From positions 1 through 64,000 of the forward strand of contig JBFWNU010000010.1 of assembly GCA_050250895.1 (NCBI GenBank): a DNA stretch of 64,000 bases, read 5' to 3'. The notes under the pieces were generated by a model. The model saw only the letters and a program-made list of their open reading frames with translations. It was not told the DNA's origin and searched no databases. This document shows, piece after piece, positions 29,252 to 39,228 of this stretch. Numbering within the stretch: the stretch's first letter is position 1; each line of letters opens with the position of its first letter. The DNA comes from Vulcanimicrobiota bacterium (GTDB taxonomy: Bacteria; Vulcanimicrobiota; Xenobia; Xenobiales; JADMJV01). Made by a program: the position numbers and the translations under genes.

Positions 29252-30841
29252 GTGACTCTGACCCTTCAGGATTCCGGCTCTCGAATTCTGTTCAACGACG
29301 CCGCTCGCTTCGTGACCGAGAAGCTGGGTGCCGACCGGGCGTTGGTTCTCTACGGCCCTGACAAATTCGAGGTTCGAGCCAGTCACGGATTCGGCGGCGA
29401 ACAAGTGCTGATGGACGGTAGCCTCAGCCTATCTGTGCTCGAAGTCGCCAAAGCCGGCCGACCGATCCTCAGCCAGGACGCCCAGCAAGACGAAGGTCTG
29501 CGTGACCAGCTCAGTGTGATGCTCTCTGAGATCCGGTCGGTCATCTGCGTGCCGCTGTGGGGCGAGAGGGACCGGGTGGTGGGCCTGCTTTATGGCGACA
29601 CCCTGGCCGAGGTCGGGACGTTCACCAAAGACCATCTTAGTGCTTTGCAAGAGTTCGCTCGCAAGCTCGAGCGTGCCCTGGCGCGCTCGTTGCAAGATAC
29701 CACCCTGGTGGCTGCGCCCGTCATTGCGCTGCAGAAGCCGGCCGCTCCCAGGCCCCGGTCCCGCCCGGCCCCCATCCCCAGGTCTGCCCCCAGGTCCGAC
29801 CCCCCCAAAGCCAACCTTTCCCTTGCGCCGGCCACGATGGTCATGTTGCTGAGGTGTCTGGCCGCAATGATCGGTAGCGGCATTCCAATCCACCGGGCCC
29901 TGGGTTTGCTGCGGGGCGATGAGCCAGCCCTCGACCAGGTCTGTTTGCTAGTCGAGAAGACCGTGCTCAGTGGGCGTCCGCTCTCGGCTGGCATGCACGC
30001 TTGCGGCGCCTTTTCTCCTTTTCAAGTTCGATTGGTCGAGTGTGGCGAACGCTCTGGTGCTCTACACGAGGTGCTGGCCGCCCTGGCCGCCTACCAAGAA
30101 AGAACTCACGCCCTCAACACCCGGCTGCGGGGGGCTCTGGTCTATCCAGCCTTCTTGATGGCTCTGTCGCTCTTGATCCTGGCCTTCGGGTTGCCGTATG
30201 TGCTCTCGGGTCAGCTCGAGTTGTTGCGCTCGTCAGGGGCCACCCTACCTTTGCCGACCCGACTGGTGTTGCTCCTTTCGGACCTTTCCCACCAACCTCT
30301 GCTCTGGGTCGTTTTGATGGTGGTGGTGGGCGCAGGCTATCTAGGTTTGACGAATGCCTCGGCCGGGGTGCGCCGGGCCTGGCAGAAGGGGGTGCTGACG
30401 GTCCCCGGGTTGGGTCCGACCCTGCGTGTGCTCTCGCTCACCCGCTTTGCTCGGGCGCTGGCCCTGCAGCTTCGGGCCGGGGTGAATCTGACCCAGGCCT
30501 TGCCGGGAGCGGCCGCGGTGGCTGATCAACCTCTGCTCGAAGAGGCGGCAGGCCAGGCGACTCAGGCGCTGCTCGACGGGTCGAGTCTGGCCGAAAGTCT
30601 CGAGGCCTCGGCCTTCTTCCCCAACCTCTTTGTCGAGATGGTCCGGGTGGGCGAAGAGACCGGCTCACCCGGCAGCGGGGCCGAGTGGCTGGCCAACCTT
30701 TATGACCAACAGCTCGAGTTCGCCCTCGAGACCTTCGCAGCCGTTCTCGAGCCACTGATTCTGGCCGTGGTGGGCGGGATTGTGGGATTCTTGCTGCTGG
30801 CTACCATGCTACCCATGGTCAGCCTGATCGGAGCCCTCTAG
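29252..30841 (+). CDS. GAF domain fused to PilC/GspF (T2SS F) platform protein
   Basis: LGADRALVL, IRSVICVPL..VVGLLYGD (GAF); SGIPIHRAL, GERSGAL, ALVYP, GEETG, LEP (T2SSF); start uncertain. Confidence 0.88.
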   Translation: MTLTLQDSGSRILFNDAARFVTEKLGADRALVLYGPDKFEVRASHGFGGEQVLMDGSLSLSVLEVAKAGRPILSQDAQQDEGLRDQLSVMLSEIRSVICVPLWGERDRVVGLLYGDTLAEVGTFTKDHLSALQEFARKLERALARSLQDTTLVAAPVIALQKPAAPRPRSRPAPIPRSAPRSDPPKANLSLAPATMVMLLRCLAAMIGSGIPIHRALGLLRGDEPALDQVCLLVEKTVLSGRPLSAGMHACGAFSPFQVRLVECGERSGALHEVLAALAAYQERTHALNTRLRGALVYPAFLMALSLLILAFGLPYVLSGQLELLRSSGATLPLPTRLVLLLSDLSHQPLLWVVLMVVVGAGYLGLTNASAGVRRAWQKGVLTVPGLGPTLRVLSLTRFARALALQLRAGVNLTQALPGAAAVADQPLLEEAAGQATQALLDGSSLAESLEASAFFPNLFVEMVRVGEETGSPGSGAEWLANLYDQQLEFALETFAAVLEPLILAVVGGIVGFLLLATMLPMVSLIGAL

Positions 30842-31225
30842 ATGAGGCGCCGTGGTTTGACCCTGGTCGAAGTCATCGTGTCCCTGACGCTGATCGCTGC
30901 CCTGGTGGTGTTGGTCTTCAACCTCTTTCCCGGTTCGTTGCTCAGCACGGCCCGAGGTGAGCAGACGATCCAGGCCGATCTGATCGCTCAGTCGGCTCTC
31001 GAGCGCAAAGGCGCTGGAGCGTTCTCGAGCCTGGTGGTCGGTCAGGTCGAAGACCTCGAGGAAGTGGTCCGCCACGGAGTGCATTTCCGAGGCACCATCG
31101 AGGTCGTCTCGGCTCCGGCCGACACCCAATACCTCAAAGGTTTGCGAGCCACCGTCCGGTGGGAGTCACGCGGGGTCGAGCACCAGGTCGTGCACGAGAG
31201 CTGGGTTTCGAGTGTCAAGCGGTAA
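30842..31225 (+). CDS. PilV/GspI-like minor pilin
   Basis: Class III signal RRG|LTLVE. Confidence 0.85.
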   Translation: MRRRGLTLVEVIVSLTLIAALVVLVFNLFPGSLLSTARGEQTIQADLIAQSALERKGAGAFSSLVVGQVEDLEEVVRHGVHFRGTIEVVSAPADTQYLKGLRATVRWESRGVEHQVVHESWVSSVKR

Positions 31226-31802
31226 GCGCGGCCTGAGCTTGCTCGAGTTGTTGGTGGCCCTGGGGTTGGCCGCGCTGGGACTCTATCTGTTAGCGGCGGT
31301 GTTCTTGCCGACCCTGAGGGTCTCTCGGCGCACCAGTCAACGCATCGACCTCCAGCAGAGTGGTTCGATGGCCCTCGAGAAGTTGGTAGTGGATCTTGGC
31401 CACACACCGGTGGTGGGCATCACCCACGAACTCACGGAGCCCGGCGGGCGACTGCTTTTCGCACTGCATCCGGTGACCGGGGTCTCGGCGGATGCTCGGC
31501 CCACCTATGCCGGTCAGCTGATCGTCTATAGCTGGGTCCCTGCCGAGCGAACCTTGCGCCGCATCCTGTGGCCACCCGGCGGCGGACTGACCCCGGCCCG
31601 AGCCAGATTGCTGGACGCCACCGAACTGGCCACGGCGGCCGAGGAGGGCGAGGCCAGAATTCTGTGCCGCGATCTGCTAGAATTTGAGGTGTCCTCGGAG
31701 ACTAATCCTGTCAGTCTCAAGATGGTGCTGGGCGCCGACCCTCGAGCCGGCGAGCCGGAGCAACGGGTGGAGTTTGGGCGAGATGTTCTACTGCGCAACT
31801 AG
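31212..31802 (+). CDS. PilW/GspJ-like minor pilin
   Basis: Class III signal KRG|LSLLE. Confidence 0.85.
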   Translation: MSSGKRGLSLLELLVALGLAALGLYLLAAVFLPTLRVSRRTSQRIDLQQSGSMALEKLVVDLGHTPVVGITHELTEPGGRLLFALHPVTGVSADARPTYAGQLIVYSWVPAERTLRRILWPPGGGLTPARARLLDATELATAAEEGEARILCRDLLEFEVSSETNPVSLKMVLGADPRAGEPEQRVEFGRDVLLRN

Positions 31803-33468
31803 ACGAAAGAAGAAGGGTCTTAGTCTTGGCCTGGTGCTGGTCATTACCGCGCTGGTGGTGTCCGCCGGCTTTAGCCTGGCCAGTCTCAGCATCACCCACC
31901 TCAACCTCACCCAGCGCGCTACCAATGCCGAGCAGGCGACCAATCTGGCTCGTTCGGCGGTAAATTTGGGCCTGGCCCGCATTCTCGAAGATGCCGAGCA
32001 CGACTATGGGGTGGCCGGGACCGACGACGAGACGCTCGAGGTCCAGTTGCCCGGCACCCGCCCAGGAGCCGTCGGGCGCTTGACGTTTAGTCGGGTCCAG
32101 GCCGACGACCTGGGCATCCCTTGCTCCACCAACAATTTGCAGGGGAATACCTCGGTCTCTGGTGACGGGATGGTGGTGCCAACCGCTGCCGTCCACCTGG
32201 TCGGGGTGGGCGAGTGCGCCGGGGTGGTGCGGCAGGTGGATGCCATCGTGAGCCTGTCGCCCTTCCCTTATGCGCTGGCCTCGGCCGGACCTGTGCTCAC
32301 CCACGGCGCCATCGTGGTCAGCGGCCTCGACGAAGAACTGCGGGCTGGACCGCTGGTCACCCCTGAGCAATTGCTGCCAGCCGATCTTCATTCCAACGCG
32401 CCTGGTCCGGCGGTGTCACTGGCTTCGGGCGGCCAGTTCGGCGGCGACGTGAAGGCCGTCGGCAAGGTGTCGCGCGAGCCCGGGGTGACGGTGCTGGGCC
32501 AGGTCCAGAGTGAGGCTGACGAACTGGATCTTCCCAGTTTTGATTTCAGCCAGTACGATCCCCAGTTGACCGGCCGGGTCTTCACCGCCCTCCAACCCTC
32601 GTATCCAGACAATCTCACCCTGACCGGCACTTCCCGGCGCCAGGGCGGGCTGACCATCAACGAAGGAGGGCTCGACCTCGAGGGTGCGATTCTCTACGTC
32701 GACGGCGACTTGACCATCCGGGGCGGGTTGCGCGGCAAAGGCATCGTGTGCACCACCGGCGCGGTGACCCTGGAGGGCACCGCCGAGGTCGACCCGGAGA
32801 GTTCGCTGGCTCTGCTGGCCGCGGGCGACATTACCCTCACCGGTAGCGGGCCCCACGGTTCTTACTTGCAGGGCCTGGTCTACACCGAAGGCCGGTTCGT
32901 GGCCGACAGCGTGACCTTGATAGGCACTCTGGTGGCCAGCGGAGACGGCTCGGCCAACGTCGACCTGACCGATACCCGAATCTTTGGCCAAACCGACCTG
33001 TCGGTCGAGTTTGCCTTGGGCGGCGCCGCCGGCCCCCCCACTGCGCGCCCGCTACCCTCTTTCCTTCTACCCGTGCCGATTCCCAGCGGCTATAGCTCGC
33101 TGGAGGCGAGCGGTTCGGCTCTCGGCTCGGGAAGATTCCAGGTCGATTTCACTTTGCTGGGGTCCCCCAGCGTGAACCGGTCGGTCACCGTCAATCTGGG
33201 AGCGAGCGGAGGGCTCGAAGAGTTCCAGGACCAGACACGAGCCACTTTTGTCGAGCTATGGCAAGCTACCGGGGGTTCCCTTTCTGACGAGGTCGCCGAC
33301 TTCTTGCTCAAGTCGGTCTATCGAAATCTTACCCTGGATCAGTTTCGTGGCCCCAACTCAGGCGGCGAGCCTGGCCCTGGCCCCACCGTGGAGTTGATTC
33401 GCCTCGACCCTTCCAAGTTCTTGAAATTCAACGACCGGGCCCGCTTTGCGCTCTGGCGGGAGTCGTAG
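31783..33468 (+). CDS. Large PilX/GspK-like protein, paralog 1
   Basis: KKG|LSLGL without E5, QATNLARSAV, beta-solenoid-like LYVDGDLTI/GLVY, ends WRES. Confidence 0.75.
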   Translation: MFYCATRRKKKGLSLGLVLVITALVVSAGFSLASLSITHLNLTQRATNAEQATNLARSAVNLGLARILEDAEHDYGVAGTDDETLEVQLPGTRPGAVGRLTFSRVQADDLGIPCSTNNLQGNTSVSGDGMVVPTAAVHLVGVGECAGVVRQVDAIVSLSPFPYALASAGPVLTHGAIVVSGLDEELRAGPLVTPEQLLPADLHSNAPGPAVSLASGGQFGGDVKAVGKVSREPGVTVLGQVQSEADELDLPSFDFSQYDPQLTGRVFTALQPSYPDNLTLTGTSRRQGGLTINEGGLDLEGAILYVDGDLTIRGGLRGKGIVCTTGAVTLEGTAEVDPESSLALLAAGDITLTGSGPHGSYLQGLVYTEGRFVADSVTLIGTLVASGDGSANVDLTDTRIFGQTDLSVEFALGGAAGPPTARPLPSFLLPVPIPSGYSSLEASGSALGSGRFQVDFTLLGSPSVNRSVTVNLGASGGLEEFQDQTRATFVELWQATGGSLSDEVADFLLKSVYRNLTLDQFRGPNSGGEPGPGPTVELIRLDPSKFLKFNDRARFALWRES

Positions 33469-35174
33469 TGGGGCGAAGGAGGAAGGGTCTGAGCCTTGGC
33501 CTGGTGCTGGTCGTCACTGCCCTGGTGGTGTCCGCCGGCTTTAGCCTGGCCAGTCTCAGCGTCACCCACCTCAACCTCACTCAGCGGGCCAGTAATTCGG
33601 AACGGGCCGAGAATCTGGCTCGTTCGGCCGTGCACCTGGGAGTGGCGCGCATTCTCGAAGATGCCGAACACGACTACGGGGTGGCCGGGACCGACGACCA
33701 GACGATCGAGGTCAGGTTGCCCGGCACTCGGCCGGGAGCCGTGGGACGCCTGACTTTTAGTCGGCTCCGGTCCGACGACCTGGGCATCCCTTGCTCGACC
33801 AACAATTTGCAGGGAAATACCTCGGTCTCTGGCGACGGGATGGTGGTGCCCACCGCGGCCGTCCACCTGGTGGGGGTGGGCGAGTGTGCTGGGGTGGTGC
33901 GCCAGGTGGATGCCATCGTGAACCTGCCTGCCTTCCCCTACGCGCTGGCTTCGGCCGGACCGGTCCGCACCCACGGGGCGGTGGTGGTCAGCGGCCTCGA
34001 GGGCGAACTAGCGGAAGGCCCTCTGGTCACGCCCCCCCAGTTGTTGCCCGCCGATCTCCATTCCAACGCCCTGGGCACGGCCATCTCGCTGGCGTCCGGG
34101 AGTCAACTGGGCGGAGATGTCGAGGCCGTTGGCACCGTTTCGCGCCAGCCCGACGTGAACGTGCTGGGCTCGGTGCGCGACCACGCCGACCAGCTCGACC
34201 TGCCCAGCTTCGACTTCAGTCACTACGACCCCCAGGCCGCCGGCCGGGTCTTCACTAGCCTCGAGCCTTCCTACGCCGAAAATCTGACCCTCACCGGCTC
34301 TTCCCGGCGCGAGGGTGACCTGACCATCGATCAGGGAGGCCTCGACCTCGAGGGGGCCATCCTCTATGTCGATGGCGACCTGACCATCGCCGGCGGTCTG
34401 CGCGGCAAAGGCATCGTCTGCGCCACCGGCGCGGTCACCCTCGACGGTACCGCCCAGGTCGATCCCTCAAGCTCGTTGGCGTTACTGGCCGGGGGTGACA
34501 TCAACCTCTCCGGCAGCGGTCCCCACGGCTCGTACCTGCAGGGGCTGGTTTATACCGAGGGCCGCTTCGTGGCTGACAGCGTGACCCTGGTAGGCACTCT
34601 GGTGGCCGGCGGCGACGGCTCGGCAGATGTCGATCTGACCAACACCCGCATCTTCTCCCTGCCCGACCTGGATGTGGAGTTCGGGCTCGGTGGTGGCGGG
34701 GCTTCTTCGGGGGGCGGCTCGGGGCCGGTCACCTTTCAAATTCCCTTTACCCTGGGGCCGAGTAACTCGGGTTCGAGTCGAGCGAACTTGCAAGGCACCG
34801 TATCCCTGACCGGACCGGGGGTCTATCTCTTCAACTTTCGACTGCAGGCTTTTCAGACTGCACCCGTGGTTGTCACTCAGACCGTGACGGTCGGGTCCCA
34901 AGCGCCGTATGGGGCGATCCGCGAACAATTGCTGCCAACCGTTCAGGGTCTCTACCAGACCGCCAGCGGCCAGGCAGTCACTCGCGCCACGGATCTCAAC
35001 GAAGTGCTCGGCGAGATCTGCGAGTATGCGCTCCAGGCCAGCGGCGACGGGCCTTCTGGTCCCGGCCCCGGGACCGGTGGCGACGACCCCACCGTCGAAA
35101 TCATCCGGCTCGATCCGTCGAAGTTCCTCAAGTTCGAAGACCGGGTCCGCTTCGCGCTTTGGCGCGAATCCTAG
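33468..35174 (+). CDS. Large PilX/GspK-like protein, paralog 2 (tandem duplicate)
   Basis: Highly similar to paralog 1 over the first ~400 aa and the last ~28 aa. Confidence 0.8.
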   Translation: MGRRRKGLSLGLVLVVTALVVSAGFSLASLSVTHLNLTQRASNSERAENLARSAVHLGVARILEDAEHDYGVAGTDDQTIEVRLPGTRPGAVGRLTFSRLRSDDLGIPCSTNNLQGNTSVSGDGMVVPTAAVHLVGVGECAGVVRQVDAIVNLPAFPYALASAGPVRTHGAVVVSGLEGELAEGPLVTPPQLLPADLHSNALGTAISLASGSQLGGDVEAVGTVSRQPDVNVLGSVRDHADQLDLPSFDFSHYDPQAAGRVFTSLEPSYAENLTLTGSSRREGDLTIDQGGLDLEGAILYVDGDLTIAGGLRGKGIVCATGAVTLDGTAQVDPSSSLALLAGGDINLSGSGPHGSYLQGLVYTEGRFVADSVTLVGTLVAGGDGSADVDLTNTRIFSLPDLDVEFGLGGGGASSGGGSGPVTFQIPFTLGPSNSGSSRANLQGTVSLTGPGVYLFNFRLQAFQTAPVVVTQTVTVGSQAPYGAIREQLLPTVQGLYQTASGQAVTRATDLNEVLGEICEYALQASGDGPSGPGPGTGGDDPTVEIIRLDPSKFLKFEDRVRFALWRES

Positions 35175-36256
35175 AACTGATTGACCTCGACCGAAGAGTC
35201 GCCGATCATCAGCCACTCGTCATCGAGTTCTAGTTGCAAAGGCGGGCCCGAGCTCTCGCCCAACACGTCCTCAAGGCCCTGGCGGGTGGCCAGGATCTTG
35301 AGCGAGTAATCCATCATGGCCACGGCCAATCGCTGTCCGTCAGGGGAAAAGGCCAGGTCGCGCACACCCGTAATCTCACGGCGCACATCGCCTTTGGGCA
35401 ACTGAAAGCTCTTCTGCTGGCCCGTGGTGAAGTTCCAGCGGGTGACGGTGTTGTCGATGGGCGCGGCCACGAACAACTCGTCGCTGCCCGGAGCGAAGGC
35501 CATGTGGTTGGCCTTAAAGGCCTGATGGGCCACCGTCTTCCCGGTGGCCGCCTCGAACACCACCACCTCGCGATCCAGCACCGCCGCCGCCAGACCTCGG
35601 TCCGAAGTCTCTAAGGAACCGAAGCCCCTCTCGGCAGCCAGATGGTATTTCTGCTGGCCGTCGGCCCCGAAGGCACGCACGCCATCGCCGGACTGGGTGA
35701 GCAGAGTGTCGCCAACCAGGGCGGCGGAGCCGACTAGACCGCCCAGTTCCTGGCTTTGCTCGAGGGTCACGCCGCGAGATTCCTCGAACTTCCAGACCCG
35801 GGCATGGCCGTCGCCGCCGGCCGTCACCAGACGACCTCCATCTTCCGAGAAGCGAATGTCGAGCACCGAGTACCATGCCCCGGGATAGCTGATGCTGCCG
35901 TCGGGGTGGACCGTCTCGGGTCGCTGTTCTTGAGTGTGACGAAAGCAGAAGAGAGCGTCGCCGCTGACCGCGTCCCAGATGGTGACGGCCGCTTCGTCGT
36001 CGGCCCCGGCAATCCACTTGCCGTCGGGCGAGACGGCCACTGGCCCCATCCTCACCCGTTCTTTGTGGAGGTCAAGGTCAAGAGCCGGTGCATCCCCCAG
36101 AGGGTCCCATTTCTTGACGCCGCCATCCCACTCGGAGGAGACCAGCCCCTGGCCATCGGTGCTCCAGGCCACCGTGTCGATGGGGCTGGTGTGGGGATAG
36201 TGTCTGAGTTGCCGGCCAACAGCCGGGTCGGGCAGTTGCAGGGGGTTGATTCTCAT
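35171..36256 (-). CDS. WD40-repeat protein
   Basis: VAWSTDG..VKKWD, VSPDG..VTIWD, FSEDG..ARVWK, LAFSPDG. Confidence 0.9.
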   Translation of the reverse strand: MRINPLQLPDPAVGRQLRHYPHTSPIDTVAWSTDGQGLVSSEWDGGVKKWDPLGDAPALDLDLHKERVRMGPVAVSPDGKWIAGADDEAAVTIWDAVSGDALFCFRHTQEQRPETVHPDGSISYPGAWYSVLDIRFSEDGGRLVTAGGDGHARVWKFEESRGVTLEQSQELGGLVGSAALVGDTLLTQSGDGVRAFGADGQQKYHLAAERGFGSLETSDRGLAAAVLDREVVVFEAATGKTVAHQAFKANHMAFAPGSDELFVAAPIDNTVTRWNFTTGQQKSFQLPKGDVRREITGVRDLAFSPDGQRLAVAMMDYSLKILATRQGLEDVLGESSGPPLQLELDDEWLMIGDSSVEVNQF

Positions 36257-36300
36257 GCCAAGAGCTTGGCACGAGTCCCTTAATCGACTCTAAAAGGGGG

Positions 36301-36780
36301 CTACTCCTCGACCTTGACCTTGATCGTGGCCGACATCTCTGGCCCGTACGAGATATGGGCGTGGTTGGCGAACTGCAGGGTGAGGGTGTGCTCGCCGGGG
36401 CTCAACTCGACTTCGGTTTCGGTTTGCCCCTTGCCAAAGTGGATGTGAGACTCGTCGGCGGGCACCGGTTCGCCAGCCGGGACCGGCCCACCGTCGACCA
36501 CCAGGTGATGGTGACCCGTGTTGGGCACGTCTTCCGGGCCGGCCGGTTTGACCTCCATGCCCTCGACGCCCATCTTGACCATCACCGGTGAGGTGACGGT
36601 GGCGCCGTCTTCGGGCTCGACGAAGAAGATGCGCGAGATAGGTGGGGTAGGGGTGACCTCAGGAGTCTCGGCCCCCGCTACGGGAGAGGCCGGCGGAGCG
36701 GGAGTGGCCGTCGGTTGGGACGGCGTGCAGGCAACGGTGAAGATGGCCACCAGGGCCACAGCGACGTGTGAAAACCTCAT
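36301..36780 (-). CDS. DUF4399-family lipoprotein
   Basis: Lipobox TVAC; FVEPEDGATVTSPV, TGHHHLVVD, IHFGKGQTE, PGEHTLTLQFAN. Confidence 0.9.
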   Translation of the reverse strand: MRFSHVAVALVAIFTVACTPSQPTATPAPPASPVAGAETPEVTPTPPISRIFFVEPEDGATVTSPVMVKMGVEGMEVKPAGPEDVPNTGHHHLVVDGGPVPAGEPVPADESHIHFGKGQTETEVELSPGEHTLTLQFANHAHISYGPEMSATIKVKVEE

Positions 36781-36801
36781 GGATGCCAGTTTGGACCCCG
36801 G

Positions 36802-37533
36802 TCAGGGCAATCCTGTTTCGGGCCGAAGAAAGCCTGCCTCCTCGAGCTTCTGGGAGGCCTGCGGTCCGCGCAGAAAGTCGGCCAACGCCCGGGCTCGAGG
36901 GCTGGCCCCCTCGGGCAAGATCAGCACGTATTCGATGGGCGGGTCGAGGGGGGGAAACGTAAAGACTACCCGGGCATCGCCCTGAGCTGCGGCGTCGGAG
37001 GCATAGACCAGAGCTGCATCGGTGGCGCCTTGCAGGGTCGAAGCCAGAGCCGCTCGGGCATTGGCCGTAGGAATCAGTCGCTGACCCAGGTCCAGTCCAA
37101 CCTCTTCGAGTCCGGCCAGGGCATAGTCGCCGACCGGGGCCACCCCCGGGGTTCCGATAGCCACTCGCTCGAGTCGCAGGAGCCGCTCGGGCCAGCCATC
37201 GGACTCGGCCAACTCGGGCCGGCTCACCGCGATCACCAGCCGGTTCGAGGCGAAGGTCCAGTGCTCGCCCGGGACCACCTCGAGGGCCCGGGGGCTGGCC
37301 GAGATCAGCAGATCGGCCGGCATTCCGTGGCGCATCTGGTTGGCCAGGGTCAGCGAGGCGGCGAAGCTGAACTGAACCTCATCGTCAAAGCCCTGGACCA
37401 TCCTGGGCAGCACGTCGCCCAGGCTGGCGGCAGCAAAAACCGTCAGAGGTTTCTCTGACGGTTTCGAGCAGGCGCCTAGCAGGCTCACCAGGAGCGCCGC
37501 TAGCAAGGGCCCGACGGGCCCCAGGCGCCTCAT
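36802..37533 (-). CDS. modA: Molybdate ABC transporter substrate-binding lipoprotein
   Basis: LGAC, TVFAAASL, SFAAS..LA.Q, ADLLISAS, ASNRLV, APVGDYA, LVYASDA. Confidence 0.88.
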   Translation of the reverse strand: MRRLGPVGPLLAALLVSLLGACSKPSEKPLTVFAAASLGDVLPRMVQGFDDEVQFSFAASLTLANQMRHGMPADLLISASPRALEVVPGEHWTFASNRLVIAVSRPELAESDGWPERLLRLERVAIGTPGVAPVGDYALAGLEEVGLDLGQRLIPTANARAALASTLQGATDAALVYASDAAAQGDARVVFTFPPLDPPIEYVLILPEGASPRARALADFLRGPQASQKLEEAGFLRPETGLP

Positions 37534-39071
37534 TCGTCTTTGACCGAGGCCTCGACGGGGGACGGAATATCGGGAACGAACTCTTCAGCTGCCGGCAGGT
37601 CAGGGACCAGATCCGGCATTTGGATTTCAGGCAGACCCTCGTCAGGAGCCGGCAGTTCGGCCTCATCCTCGGGCAGTTCGGTGGTCGGCGGCGGCGGGAT
37701 ACTGGCCATGGGGCTGGGCAGCTCGGGCAGATCGCTTTCGTCGTCTTCGGTGTTGGGCACGTCCATAGGCGGCGGCTGGAAGTCGGGCAGGCTGTCTTCT
37801 TCCTGGCTGGGAATCTCGGGAGGATCAGGATACTGGGTGGAATGCACCTCGCCATTGGAAGGGCCGGGAGCCATCTTGCGGATGACCAGTTCTTGAATGC
37901 GAACCGGCGTCAACTCGGCCAGCGGGTCGAGCAGCGAACGGATGTAGTCGCGCTGGCGCTCGAGCAGAATCGAACGCAGCGAATCTTCGAGGTCTTCCAG
38001 CGAGTCGACGAAATTGAAGGTCACTTTGTCGTTGGTCTGCTGCAGGTGGTGCTTCATCAAGGTCGAGGTCTTGTCGGTCGAGAGCACGATGACGTCTTCG
38101 AGGCCGTAAGCCGCCACCTGAGCGCTGACCAGATAGGAGTCGTCGAGGGTCAGGCGGCGGTTCGACAGAACCACCAGGAAGCGTTGCTGATTGAGAGTCA
38201 GGAACACCCGGGTGGGAGTGTCGGCCGATTGGCACACCTGGATCGAATCGCTGTCGACACCCAGGTTCTTGAGGGTGCCCAGCAGCAACAGCAGCAACCA
38301 CTGGTCACTCAAGAGCAGGCTGCGGCAGAAGGGGGTGCAGCTGATCACCTCGTCGACCGTGTCCTCGGTGATGGGGGTGCCGCCGATGAAGAATTTCTGG
38401 GAGGCCTCTTCCAGGCTGGCCCGGCTGGGCACGCGCAGGATCTGCTGACCGGTCTTGCGGTCGATCACCGCATAATCCTTGCGAATGAGGTCGAGGTCCT
38501 CGAACTGGCCCAGCAAAAGGTCGGCCCGGTTGAACTCGTGCAGGTCCAGCTGGTTGAAGGGAGTCGACTCGGCCGAGGCCAGCTGGGCGAGCAATCGCCG
38601 AGACTGCTCTGACATCAATTCGCGGGCGGCCTCGAGTTCTTTCTCCGAGACATCGACGTTGGCCGGCCGGGCCCCTTCGGGAGGAGTCATCGCAGGCCCC
38701 ATCGCCTCCCAGTCCTTGTTCTGGCGGGTCAACTGCAACACGCAGTCGCGAACTTCTCCGAAGAAGTCGGCGAAGTCGGCTTCGGCCTGGTTGGAAATGG
38801 CGCCGGCTTCGAGGCAGCGATCCTGGTTGGCATACTTGATGTAGAAGATGGTGCCGGGCTCAGGCATGAAAATCTCGCCAGCGGCCAGGGAGGCATCTTC
38901 AGGAGGGGCGAACAGGGCGCGGGGTTCGCTATCGAGGCCCAGCCGCCGAAGATACTCGAGTCGGACGCCTGCCAACAGCGAGTTGAACCTTGCCTGCAGG
39001 CTTTGCTGGACTTGAACGGCCTGGTCCGAGTTGAGCTCGACGGGTAAGCGCCTTTGCAAAATCTTGAGCAT
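37530..39071 (-). CDS. Hypothetical protein with acidic Pro-rich C-terminal tail
   Basis: 513-aa ORF translationally coupled to modA. Confidence 0.75.
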   Translation of the reverse strand: MLKILQRRLPVELNSDQAVQVQQSLQARFNSLLAGVRLEYLRRLGLDSEPRALFAPPEDASLAAGEIFMPEPGTIFYIKYANQDRCLEAGAISNQAEADFADFFGEVRDCVLQLTRQNKDWEAMGPAMTPPEGARPANVDVSEKELEAARELMSEQSRRLLAQLASAESTPFNQLDLHEFNRADLLLGQFEDLDLIRKDYAVIDRKTGQQILRVPSRASLEEASQKFFIGGTPITEDTVDEVISCTPFCRSLLLSDQWLLLLLLGTLKNLGVDSDSIQVCQSADTPTRVFLTLNQQRFLVVLSNRRLTLDDSYLVSAQVAAYGLEDVIVLSTDKTSTLMKHHLQQTNDKVTFNFVDSLEDLEDSLRSILLERQRDYIRSLLDPLAELTPVRIQELVIRKMAPGPSNGEVHSTQYPDPPEIPSQEEDSLPDFQPPPMDVPNTEDDESDLPELPSPMASIPPPPTTELPEDEAELPAPDEGLPEIQMPDLVPDLPAAEEFVPDIPSPVEASVKDE

Positions 39072-39228
39072 CTGAGGGTGCGTGCCTTTTCAGGGTGTAG
39101 TATCGGAGTCGAAAAGCCTTCGACCCGGGGCCGGACTTCTCGAACGTTTCTTGAACTTCCTCCCGCACCTTTTGCGGCGGCCGAGAGGTTGCAACCAGGG
39201 ATGTCTCGTAATAGACATTTTCGGAGAC

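Noticed and set aside
31783-35174. Diversity-generating retroelement or shufflon behind PilX variation
   Set aside because: No reverse transcriptase, adenine-specific TR/VR pair, recombinase or inverted sites seen.
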